This document shows, one piece after another, positions 53,397-64,000 of a stretch of 64,000 nt of DNA. Origin of the DNA: Macrostomum lignano. Its lineage: Eukaryota. The DNA lies in NCBI GenBank assembly GCA_002269645.1, contig NIVC01002702.1, positions 62,001-126,000 of the forward strand, given 5' to 3'. Every line of letters starts with the position of its first letter. The stretch's first letter is position 1. The translations under genes were made by a program, and so were the position numbers. The notes beneath the pieces are model-generated. The model worked only from the letters and a program-made list of their open reading frames with translations. It searched no databases and had not been told where the DNA came from.

Positions 53397-54125
53397 TCTG
53401 TGCTGTGCCTGGGTCTGTTCCGCCTGCGTGACACTGGCGGCAGTTTTTCCGGTCAGCCGGTGCTACTGCACCGGTTCTCGGCAACGTCGACCAGCCTGGC
53501 CGGTTTACCGGCCGCCATGGATCAGAAAGAGTTAACAGCCTGCATTGTCAGAGCGCTGGGCTTGGCCTATCCAACAGAATCGTTTGTGCCCGAGCGAGAC
53601 TCCTGCCGATTGTCTCCGACAAAGCCAGTGTTCTCAGTGCCCGTGCCGGGCGGGGTACTCCGGCCGTTGCTAGTCACCGAGCATAGTCCGCCAGGCGCGT
53701 TGCTATGGTGCCTTGGCAACGAGGATCATGAAGACGCCGTGATGGACGCGTTCGCTTTGCTTGAAGCTGTTGGCGAGTTTCTCGGCCCTCTGTCGAAGGA
53801 TTTCGGCCCGGAGGAGCCGCGGCTGGCCGAGCTGCAGTTGTTCCTGTCCTATGCCTGTCCTTTCGGCACCCCGCTGGCTCTGGAGCAGCCTCTCTATCGG
53901 CACCTGTTCGGCCAGGTGCCAAGCCTGCCGGCGGCGGGCAGCAGAGAGGCGGCAGAGTCGCCGCACACAGTCTGGACTGTGGGAGCGCCCGCCGAAAAGA
54001 AGTCGAAGAAGGTCAGGATAGGAGCGGGGATCAAAGTAGCTCAGCGGCTACTGCGTCTTAGTTTTGTGCCGCTGGAGTGCCTGGGCTCGATTCCATGCGC
54101 GACTACATGAGTAATGGGCCACTTA

Positions 54126-54170
<45 letters not shown>

Positions 54171-55789
54171 GGTATTATGGGAGCTGAGTTTAAAATCTGT
54201 TTATTTCTCAATCTCCAACGCAGGGTTCCTCCGTGGCCCTGCAGTTGACAGAGCGGGTCTATTATTCTTGCCAGGACGAGAATTCCTGTCATTCGCGGCA
54301 GGGCGATAATTACCTGTGCTTCGGGTGTCTCACCTGCGACGCGTCGTTGTTAAAGGTGAGAATTGAGAAAAGAGGATGAAGGTGAGGGTGAGAGGGTGAG
54401 GATAAGGGTGAGAGCGAGAGTAAGGGTGAGAGTGAGGGTGAGTGAGAGTGAGGGTGAGAGTGAGGGTGAGGGTGAGTGAGAGTGAGGGTGAGAGTGAGGG
54501 TGAGAGTGAGGGTGAGGGTTAGTGAGAGTGAGGGTGAGAGTTAGGGTGAGTGAGAGTGAGGGTAAGAGTGAGGGTGAGTGAGAGTGACGGTGAGGGTGAG
54601 AGTGAGAGTGAGGGTGAGGGTGAGTGAGGGTGAGAGTGAGGGTTAGAGTGAGTGAGAGTGAGGGTGAGAGTTAAGGTGACGATGAAGATGAGGGTGAGGG
54701 TGAGGATGAGGGTGAGAGTGAGGGTGAGGGTGAGTGACAGTGAGGATGAGGGTGAGGGTGAGAGGGAGGATGAGGGTTAGGGTGAGGGTGAGGGTGAGGG
54801 TGAGAGGGAGGATGAGGGTGAGGGTGAGGGTGAGGGTGAAGCGGTGAAAGTGAGGGGGTGAGGGACCGAGGGTGAGGGTGGGGTTCATTGTCAGCAGTGT
54901 ATCAGTCGCCATACTGCATGCATACTAACTAAAATCTTCTCAAACCCCGCAATCGCAGGAGAACTGCAGTTTAGAAATTCGCCTAGACAGTCCGCGTCAA
55001 CTGTTGCACGGAGTCCTGGTGACGCCCCGCTGCGCCTACTGGGACGCCACGCCTCAGTCGGCTCGGATCCGGCTGCAGCCGCCTCGCCAGGCTGGCAGTC
55101 GTTTGATCACCTACTGGCTGGCGCAGCCGTTGCATCCGCTTGTCACAGGTTTCTACCAGGTGAGACTGCAGCAGCAGCAACAACAGCAGCAACAGCAGCA
55201 GCAACCATCGCACATGCGCCAGTCTGCTGCTGTCAGGCTTCAGTTAATATTTTCCGACATTCTGTGTCGCGGCGCGGCCAAATGCGACTATTGCGAGGTG
55301 CACTTGCACCTGCCAGCTTGGGCTCCGCAGCCGCGGGATGCTAAATTGACTTGCAGCTTAGGCACAGCCTCGCTCACGCAGCAGCAGCAGCAGGCTTCTC
55401 CTTCTGGTCGGATTTTAGTCTGGAATTTGACCGCCGGAATGGCAAAACTGTCCCCGGGTACACCGGTGAACCTCGTTGGCACCGTCAGCTTCGTCAGGAC
55501 GGGCGCTGCCGCCGCTCCGGCAGGCGATTCCATGCGCGACGACATGACCTGCTGCGCTAGGCTGTACTTCCGGTTCTCTCGCGTTGCACTGTCCGACGCC
55601 AAAGTCGATGCTCAGTTTGTCGGTCTTAGCGCCGGCCCGGCGCCGAAATCCTCGCCCTCCGTGTCTCTAGCCGTCGAATCCGGCGATTGCGCCGTCTGGA
55701 ATTCCTTCGGCGACGCGCCGATTTCCTACCGACCGGAGGATCGACTGCTGAACACTGCCGCCGGATTTGAATTGCACAGCGCGTCGTGA
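53397..55789 (+). CDS. AP5M1: AP-5 complex subunit mu-1 (MUDENG), ~525 aa. Exons 53397-54011, 54224-54355, 54959-55789; no genomic ATG at the 5' end
   Basis: Motifs matching AP5M1 as recalled: FVPERDSC (human FVESRDSC), ACPFGTPL (ACPFGTLL), V.LQLTERV, GCLTCD, GFYQ, YCEVHL, LVWNL, VWNSFGDAP (IWNSKAPAP); phase-0 GT-AG introns. Confidence 0.85.
54126..54171. repeat. (GACA)n microsatellite in AP5M1 intron 1
   Basis: Direct reading. Confidence 0.95.
54375..54875. repeat. (GAGGGT/GAGAGT)n repeat in AP5M1 intron 2
   Basis: Direct reading. Confidence 0.95.
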
Positions 55790-55829
55790 TATTTTTGCAA
55801 CTCTTTGTTTTAACTAATGGTTTCTAACT

Positions 55830-56010
55830 GATGAATGAAACCAGTTTACAGATTGTTCAAACCAATGTATAGGTTGCTCAAACCAGTATATAGATCGATC
55901 AAACCAGTGTACAGATTGTTCAAATCAATGTTTAGGTTGGTCAAACCAGTATATAAATTACTCAAATCAGTGTATAGATTGTTTAAAACTAATGTATATA
56001 CTGGTTAAGT
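55830..56010. repeat. Degenerate ~21-bp repeat 3' of AP5M1
   Basis: AAACCAGTGTATAGATTGTTC-like units. Confidence 0.75.
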
Positions 56011-56954
56011 CCATTTATTTGTTCGTTTTTTAAGTAGAGTCAAGGGCTGTGTGCACCCTGGTTCACTTTAAGCGACATTGTCACACAACCGGCGAGAGGC
56101 ATTACTGCCCATTCCGCCGACTCCCCTGAGCAGGCATACAAGCGCGCGGATACGTACGCAGGCACACACACAGGAGTGTACAGCGGTCCTGACTGTATTT
56201 ATCGTTAGGCATGTACACTTCACTGTGCCTTGGGGGTTGGCCTTCAAGGCCGTTAATTGCGCGAGCAGAGCCAAGCCGAGATTCCAATTTAGCCCCAAAT
56301 TAATGCGACTACACTCGGAATCGGCTACGGCCACGGCCTATAGGCTACGGCCCACATCGAATCTGTTTATAGATTGGTCAAATAAATTTATTGCTTTACG
56401 TGCTGTTTTATTTGGTTAGTTTTGCCGATTGTTCAAGTTTGTAGTTAGCTTACAATCGTGCTTGTCCTTTCATTCAACAATCGTTGCTTCTCAAGCATAA
56501 TATGCATGCGTATTAAATAAATGTCAGCCATTTTTAATTCTCTTAGAGTTTGGTTGTGTGCCAATGATAGATTCTCACTAAAGTCCGCTTATTGAACTGC
56601 TTCAGTATGAAGCTGGAGTACTTGTACTGTAAGTGTAATACTGGGTCTGTTAAGAACGTTGGAACTTCGCCACTTGTGAAAATTAATCTGTCAATCAAAA
56701 AAACAATGGAAGGATATTCCTTTCACCGGAGTTTGTGCAAACATTTTCAAGTCGACTGACATTATATGAATTATTTACAGTGAGAAGTGCCATTTTTTCT
56801 GAGTTATTTACTGTCCAGGTCAGAGATATCACCTGATAGACTTGAGGACGAGTGATGGGAAACATTTCAAATAGAAAACACCTGTTGTGACAGCAGCCAG
56901 TTCGTATAAAGAAGCTGTTCTTGTCTGCAGTCACTTGCAGTGTGTGCTTCGGAA

Positions 56955-57683
56955 ATGTCTAAAGAGCTAATATCAGTTTGCATACTGCTTCTAGCAGCAA
57001 CACAAGCAGAATTAACAACAGGCGATTGCAGCATCAACCGGTTGGAGTTCAAGCGCTACTCCTTCCTGCCAAACTGTTCTCAAGCGCTGTCTTTTGTGTC
57101 TGAGCAGATTTTCACCTGCGGCATGGCTGCTGCCGTGTCTGCAGTCCCCATGGCAGTTGTCATGCAGTCGTCAAACTCCAGGCCCAATTGCCACGTGACG
57201 GCCGCTCTGTGCCCTCGCTACCGACTGTGCTCTGTGGACGACTGCGACTCAATCGTGCTCATGCCAGTCAGTCTCATCGCTCTTGAGCACCTAATCTTGG
57301 GCGTGAGAGCCGGCAGTGGATATACAGTGTGGGAACTGATGACCGGAAGTACTGGTGGCAACTCCGACTCTGTAGTGCAACCAGCAGCTCTGGACTCGGA
57401 CATTGCCAACCTGCCGGACGCTTTTCGTTCCAGCCTGTTAGAGAACGTACGTCGCCTGATTTCTGGTCTCGTCTACAAGCAGTTCATTGTGCAGATTTAC
57501 AACGGATCTGTAGTTCGACTAGAATTCGATGTAGGTTCCTCTGTTGACGCTCTAACCAATCTGAACTGGTTTAGGAAGCAGCGACTCGTCCGCAGCTGCC
57601 CAGTGAAAAATGATTCATGGATTCCACGTGGGTTCCACGTGGCCATGTGGAATTTAAATGTTTCCTTAATTTTTGCAAATTAA
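56955..57683 (+). CDS. Secreted protein, ~242 aa; Cys-rich N-half plus an uncharacterised invertebrate-type domain; may have further exons
   Basis: ATG 56955; signal peptide MSKELISVCILLLAATQA; C-half LILGVRAGSG..VW..IVQIYNG..RLEFD..S..LNWF...RLV.S. Confidence 0.7.
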   Translation: MSKELISVCILLLAATQAELTTGDCSINRLEFKRYSFLPNCSQALSFVSEQIFTCGMAAAVSAVPMAVVMQSSNSRPNCHVTAALCPRYRLCSVDDCDSIVLMPVSLIALEHLILGVRAGSGYTVWELMTGSTGGNSDSVVQPAALDSDIANLPDAFRSSLLENVRRLISGLVYKQFIVQIYNGSVVRLEFDVGSSVDALTNLNWFRKQRLVRSCPVKNDSWIPRGFHVAMWNLNVSLIFAN

Positions 57684-59860
57684 TGACTTAAAGATGACAT
57701 AATGGTATGCAAAGTATTTTTTATGCATTATTTTTTAATTTTTACTGTCCTAATGTTGATGTGGATTTTACAAGGAATTCATGAGAAATAAGCGTATATT
57801 GATTCAACATGGAATCCACTTCGATAAAAAACTGTGATACACCACATTCAGACGTTTTTATGAAATTACTATAATTAATTATTACATTTATATGCTTTTA
57901 AGTAAAAATTAATATCTTAAAGCTAAATTATAATCAGAAAATAAGATACTGTTTGTTAAAATAGACAAAATAGAAGTGAACAATAAAAAACGTTTCGTGC
58001 TTTTTAAGATTAAATTTATTTTATTTTATATTCGTCAATGTCTTGCATGGTTCAAGGCCTTGAAAGATAAATTGCCTTGTTTATGGCTATTTAAGCACCT
58101 TAAAAATTTTAGTAGACGTAGCCTATAGGCAATAACTTATAAGGCCATGGCCTCCATGGGATTAGAAATTAGATAAATCAGTATTTCATCATAGATAGGC
58201 CTAATACTTTTGCCAGTTTTGGTAAAATCCATCCATGATAAATTTATTTAGGCTTATCCAATTTCTAGGAATCCCATGGCCATGTCCATAGATTGGCTAC
58301 TCATTTTTTAAACTTAAATAGGCCTTTCGAAGTTCATAATTTCCTCTTAGTCCTACCTATTAGTCCTAGGCCTAGGGCCTATCTATTTATGTATGCTTAT
58401 TAATATTAGGCCTATTTTAAGCTAGGCCTATAACTATCAATTCAGGTCCTTCTATTTTAATTAAGGTTAAGACTAGGCCTAGCTTGACTTTGTGAATTGT
58501 GACTAGTCAATCTAGTTAATCTGTTAAAAATCTATTCATTTATGATTTTCTTCAAAAAAGCCTATTAGCATCTTTTGGACTTGTTGCATTTTTAAAAACA
58601 ATATTATTAATCATTATAAATAATTCTTTGCAATTACACTTGCAACCTGTTTTTGGCATAGCTAGCCTAGCAGATCCCTAAGGTTGCTATTATAAATAAA
58701 TAATGATTATTGTAAATTTGATCTGATTTAGGCCAAGTCCAGAATTTAATAGCCATAGGGCATAGCTTTTAAGATTAGGCCTAATGTTTAGGCCGGTGCA
58801 TGACCAAGACCGCCACATACCAAGACTGCCACAGCTCTTACTGACTATTGGAATTGAGGGGAAGCTACCAATCTTTCAGCATTGCTATTGGTTATGATGG
58901 GTTGTGGAGTTAGATAAGGAGGAAGTGTCCTAAGATTGGTCACTAATAAGATGAATAAGTGGCCCAAAATGATTGCAAGTCAACCAGGGCAATTTTAACA
59001 ATTCAAATTAAATGAAAAAACAAGGAGCCTGGCTCACTCACCTACCTAGCCAGGCTAGCCTGCTCACTAGTTCTTCTCTTGTGGCCTTGTCTTGCTGGCT
59101 CTCCCCATCTTACCCCTCCTCAGCCCCATCCAATAACATGGTGAGCCAAATTCCTCCCTCCTAGCTCCCCCAAGTGTGGCGGTCTTGTCCTATACCGTTT
59201 AGGCCTAATCATACTATTTTTTTATTAGAGGCAGGGGGTTGTATGCACCCTGGCACACTTTAAGCGACATAGGCATACAACTAGCGAGAGGCATTGCTGC
59301 CTATTCCACTAACTCCCCTGAGCAGCCAGGATGGAATTCTTGCTCAGAGGAAGGAAAACGCGCGCGCACGTTTTTGGAGCAGCGCGCAAGTGCGCACGCC
59401 AGGGTCGCCAGCTAAAAATAAGAGAACTTGAGCGCACATAACCATGTTGTATACAAATTTTATCAAATTTTAACAATCGAAGTATTTTGTGTACATTTGC
59501 TACTATTTTTGCTTTTCGATTATGCAATTACGAGTAAGGCAACAAAAAAGATAATGACACGTTTTACATTCATAAAAAATATTGCTTTGTATATTTTTGA
59601 GTACATGTATGCAACTGTGTATATTTTTGTTTTAATAATAACTTTTAATTAATTAGAAAAAGAGAAACACCTGCAAAAATGACAATTTTAGTACAGTTAT
59701 GTTTTTAGTATAATATTAGACGTTTAGTATAGTTGGATTTAGTATAGTTGGGTTGATGTATATTGTCGCAAAATTCAAATCGAAATGTTGCGTTTCATGT
59801 ACATGTTTAATTAAAATAATGATTTTTCTTTGCCCTTCCTGCAAGTTACATGTAGCTATA

Positions 59861-60107
59861 CAGTGGCAGATCAATTTTTTGGGGGCGGTCTAAGTTTGGG
59901 CGCCAACACGAGTATAAGGGTGCCAATTTAGGGGCTTAAAAATGCATGTAGGGGGCGATAAGATATTAGCTTAGGGCGCAAAAAATGGTGTTTCGGGGCG
60001 AAAAAATCAAGTTTAGGGGGGGGGGCGCAAACTTTGGCTTTTTCTGGGGGTGCACTATGTTCCGTCAAAAGTACTTATTTTAGGGACGCCCCCCAAATCC
60101 GCCCCTG
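59861..60107. mobile_element. hAT-type MITE (247 bp) inserted in the 3' region of the large element
   Basis: TIR CAGTGGCAGAT / ATCCGCCCCTG (2 mismatches); TSD TAGCTATA / TAGCTAGA. Confidence 0.8.
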
Positions 60108-60480
60108 TAGCTAGATGTACATTCAACCCTCTCTGTGCTGCGTCGTCCCATCTTCATTTCTGTCCTTTTCTCTGTGGCCTGCATGCCTAGGTACAAGTAC
60201 AAACCCCCCACTCTTGTTTTTCTATCTGCCCCGCACTTCATGTACGCTAGGCATATTATTAGCGTCCCCTCATTCTAAAATTCAAGACAAATATAAGTTT
60301 TGTTGCACTAAGCGTGCTGGTGTGCTTGTCCATTTGTGGTTATTGCCTGGAGAGTTCTGAATTGTTTACGCATTATATAGCGAATGATTTATTGAGTCAA
60401 ACATCTTAACAAGTCATTGTACATGCATTGTGGTTCATTTCAACTTGCGTATAAATGCTAGTCAGACGTTACAGTCGGCA

Positions 60481-63438
60481 TTACACGAGGTGGCCCAACC
60501 GTGGTTTAACACAATTTTTTCGGCGCTGAACTGCGCTTCTAAACCCACTATTTAAATATCCGCGGATGGTACGGGGATCGGATGCAAGTGGACATGCCGC
60601 AATCTTTAAATACTTAGACGCGATTTCGTTGACTGAACGTTCGATTAGAGAGCTGATGGGCGGGAGGCACCAATCGATCTTCGTTCGCAACTGCAAGGCT
60701 TTATTTTTTTGCCTTCCCATAATGCGTTGGCTACGCATTACGCCGTAGAAACTTTCAGCAATTGCCTCCCCACCACCTGTGTTCAGTGCAACGTCAAGAA
60801 GAATGCACACAGCTCGACCAGCTTCTTCAAAGACTGGTTGAACTGTGTATAATTGTTTTATAAGTGCTGCCTCATCCAGAATACAGTTGTCATAACAGCG
60901 TACATCAGTTTCAACTTTAAAAACCTGCTGGAGGCGCGAATTCTCTTCAATTTTTATGGAATTAATGATTTGGCCCTTAATTGGCTTTTTTGACTTGGAA
61001 CATACAAGGCACTGTATCCCATACGGAGCAAGGTGACCCCAAAAGAGGGATTCAATAACATTCTTGTACTTTACATGTACGTAGCTATGGTTTCCAAGTA
61101 TCAGTTCTGAAAATAATTCGTCTGATTCAGCCACCTCAGAAATATATGGGAGTGAAACCACATAATTAAAAAACGAACAAAACTCTGGCTCACCAGCCTC
61201 CATGAAGCCAGAAAAGTTTATGCACTGCCGAATAGGCTTGGCTGTACCATTGGAAGCAGTTTCACGGGAACCACATAAAAGGTATAGTAGCTGCTCAAAG
61301 TCCATAAACTTGGCTAAGATATTTGAGCATGCTGAGGTTCCCTTATTTAATCGATTAGCCACACTTTGACGGAGAGAGCTGGAAACGACTTCGACCTCTC
61401 TGACTGCATCATTAGTTGTTCTCTCCTCCCAAAGGTATACTTTCTTCTTATTACACCTCCGACGTCTTCCTCGACTACTTTCTGCTTCTTGCCCGACATA
61501 TTCTTCGCCAATTACATGCCAGCCCTCTAGAAGCCGCACCTTCTTAAAGCTCATACCTTCAATGTCAGCTCGGTGCTTGTCATATAATGGACGACACTTT
61601 CTATCCATCATTTGTAGAAGGCGATTCCCCCATGAAACAATTTTCCAGTGATTGAATTGCAATCCCTGGGCCAGCTCCATCATTTCAACTAGTGGTTGAA
61701 ACACATCTAGTAGCAGACACAGATCGGTAGCAAAGTCTGCTCCCAAAACCCTATATTGGAGGGGAAAGTCTTCATCTTCATCGTGAATGCGACGAAAAGT
61801 TGTTGCATACAGACTGTAAGCTCTTTCAATTTTGACCCACTGCTTAACAGATGAGCTTGTAAATCGCTGTGTTGCATATGGTATTGGTACAGACACTTTT
61901 TCCTTCATTTTGGACGCCACTTTTGACATTAAAGTATGGTTTTTGCCCCTTCCCATTAAATGGTTAAACTCGTTGGCCCTTTCAATAAACAATGTTAAGC
62001 AATCTGCCGCAGGTTTACCGTACTTTGACTCGCGAACATCTAACACCGCTAAATTAAGTAAGTGCGATACATCCCATATTACAGGTTGAAATGTAGAACT
62101 GTCCGCGATATTGCTACGCCCTGACAAGCGGGTTATTTCATTTGCAAACATTGCCGGTTGATACTGGCCATCAGCTGCTGTACCACAATACCGCAAGAGG
62201 TCCTTTTCCCCCAGTTTTAATTCATCTTGAATCGTGCGAAAGATAAGCTGCGCTAGCTCAGCCAGACTCCCCCAGTAACTACTACGCGATCTAAGTCCTG
62301 ACTCGTGCTTGTGTCAGAATCTGATTCATTCGATTCACCAGAATCAGAAACATCACTATTTACTGAAGCACTGGAGTTCTCCTCGCAGACGTCTTCATTT
62401 TGTACAAAATAAACACATGGGGCACCAACTGGGAATGCGACTCTTTCCCCTCGGCTTATAGTTGCAAGCAAGATAGCCTGGTTTGTCTCGCGGGTCTGTG
62501 TCGCTTTATCAACAATTCCCATGAAATGTGGAGGGAGACCTGTAGACTCCAATGGCGTCAAAAGAAGCTTCCGGTTTTCATCATTGATCCATTCGTTAGC
62601 TGCATTAATAATAATTGAAAGCTGTTTTCTTCCGTGCCCCCGATTTCCAATTTGACAGCCATTGAGTTCTAGAAAAGTTACTTGATTTTCATAGTGTACA
62701 GCACCAGCCTTGGATCTAATAGTTTGGATTGCTGAGCGGACTAAGCGTTTAGCAATTTCGTGAGATAGTTTGTCTTCTTCTGCTTGATCCTTTTGTTTTT
62801 TTACAGAGAGCGCATGCTGCCGTCCCTGTGAATTATTTGATGACCCTAAAAGATGCCCTCGCAGTTTGCTCTTGAAATTTCGCCAAAACTGTGTATCTTT
62901 CTTATTAGAAGTCCCTTTTATAATCAACTCAGTTTCGCTGGGATTCATGTAAACACCTGTGCCCAATGTGCAATTATCACTATAGTGACGAGACACTTGA
63001 AAAACAGACATTTTACTCAGCTTTCGAGTATCTAAAGCTTCCCAGCATGTTTTACACCTTACTACAGAGTGTCCATCTTCTTCATTCAAAAATAATTCTA
63101 TGTCTGGGACTTCCCGCGCTACGTCTACAATAGAGTTTAGCGTCATCCACTTCTCCAAGTCCAATACAAACTCGCTGTTAGTTACACTTGCGCTGTGACT
63201 TCGATTGGAATTCTCAGATGGCTTACCTAATGTCTCAAAGGCAAAGGCGAGTTTTCTTTCAACTATATCTCCTATCATACTAGGCAGTTTTTTAACAAGA
63301 TCGGAAAATGCATTGGCACAGTCACCAGCACAGGATGGGTTTATTACACCAGAGTTTGTTGGTGGTAGAGTAGTACTTTTTCGCGATCAGCCTCAGAACG
63401 AGTCTTCTTTGCCTGAGGTGCCTCAGTATCGCTAGAAG
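60481..63438 (-). pseudogene. hAT-like transposase, ~980 codons once two 1-nt frameshifts are repaired
   Basis: Adding one base in the C5 run (62269-62273) joins ..VVTGG to SLAELAQLIF..LLRYCGTAADG. Adding one base in the T5 run (63377-63381) joins SSDTEAPQAKKTRSEADREK to STTLPP..PSMIG. Acceptor at 63439. Confidence 0.75.
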
Positions 63439-64000
63439 CTAAAAATTCATTTTTTCTTTTATATTAATGTGTTGCTCATTCTAAAAGCATATTGTAAAAT
63501 GTGTAAAAAGCCATAAGAAACACTTTAAATTACATGAAATGGTCTCTCTTTCATCTGGTGCAGCAACAGGGTGAGATCTCTTTGAAGTCCTATGTGTTTT
63601 AGCAGCTTCATGTTCTGAAAGTGAAATAGTTATGAAGTAGTAAATAGAAATGATCAAAAAACAGATGAAGTTATACTTCTAAAAAAACTTAAGCCATACC
63701 TCTAACAAGCAAGATGGCCTCCTGGGAAGAATTCCTAACCAAATTGCAAGTTTTGGCAGTGTGGAATTTACTCGCAGTGTGCCGATCCTTGTCTCTCTTT
63801 TGAGAGACAGTGTACTTCAACTAAAATATTTCAACTATAATAATCAAACTATTGAAAACAATATATATAAATAATATTTAGAAATAGTGAACCAAATTTA
63901 CCTTTCCTTGTAGATAACATTCCTTACATATAAAAATGTTAGGACCTCTATCCTGAAAGGCAAGGCCTAGTGGCTGTGACTGGCCTGAAGACATACTAGA

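Larger units (their letters stand above)
59226..63440 (-). mobile_element. Large hAT-type DNA transposon (ZNF862/C17orf113-like transposase); the other end is probably beyond the window
   Basis: ORFs 63278-62253 and 62196-60481: CKTC..QHA zinc-finger-like region, IVDKAT, AADGQY, WDVSHLLNL, GGEAIAESFY; putative terminus TAGAGGCAGGGGGTTGTATGCACCCTGG at 59226. Confidence 0.75.

Noticed and set aside
54375-54875. Telomere-like G-rich hexamer
   Set aside because: The unit is GAGGGT/GAGAGT, not TTAGGG, and it lies inside an AP5M1 intron

Overview
Eukaryotic (metazoan) genomic DNA, extremely rich in tandem repeats, with GC-richer exons and GT-AG introns. The style suggests a free-living flatworm such as Macrostomum lignano; this is an inference and was not verified. 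Spliced gene models built by hand: a neuromedin-U/PRXamide-receptor-like GPCR (minus strand, runs off the left edge), a complete FMRFamide/Srw-like GPCR (minus, 5 exons), VPS29 (minus, 2 exons), an intronless divergent RPL30 (minus), a secreted WSC-FTP-FTP-WSC lectin (plus, 5 exons, recent exon duplication), PIGG (plus, 8 exons), AP5M1 (plus, 3 exons, no genomic ATG at the conserved N-terminus) and an intronless secreted ORF. Mobile DNA: a decayed Ty3/Gypsy pol, a Merlin/IS1595-type transposase pseudogene, a 5'-truncated RTE LINE lacking its catalytic aspartates, a near-intact large hAT-type transposase, and five non-autonomous TIR elements. There are more than 25 distinct mini/microsatellites, and most long ORFs in the ORF track are artefacts of these. 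Main leads: (1) the AP5M1 start codon may be supplied by the 3'-terminal AUG of the flatworm spliced leader; (2) two operon-like gene pairs, RPL30-VPS29 and PIGG-AP5M1; (3) reverse-complementary minisatellite arrays bracketing a symmetric exon of the PIGG catalytic domain. No rRNA, tRNA or CRISPR was recognised.
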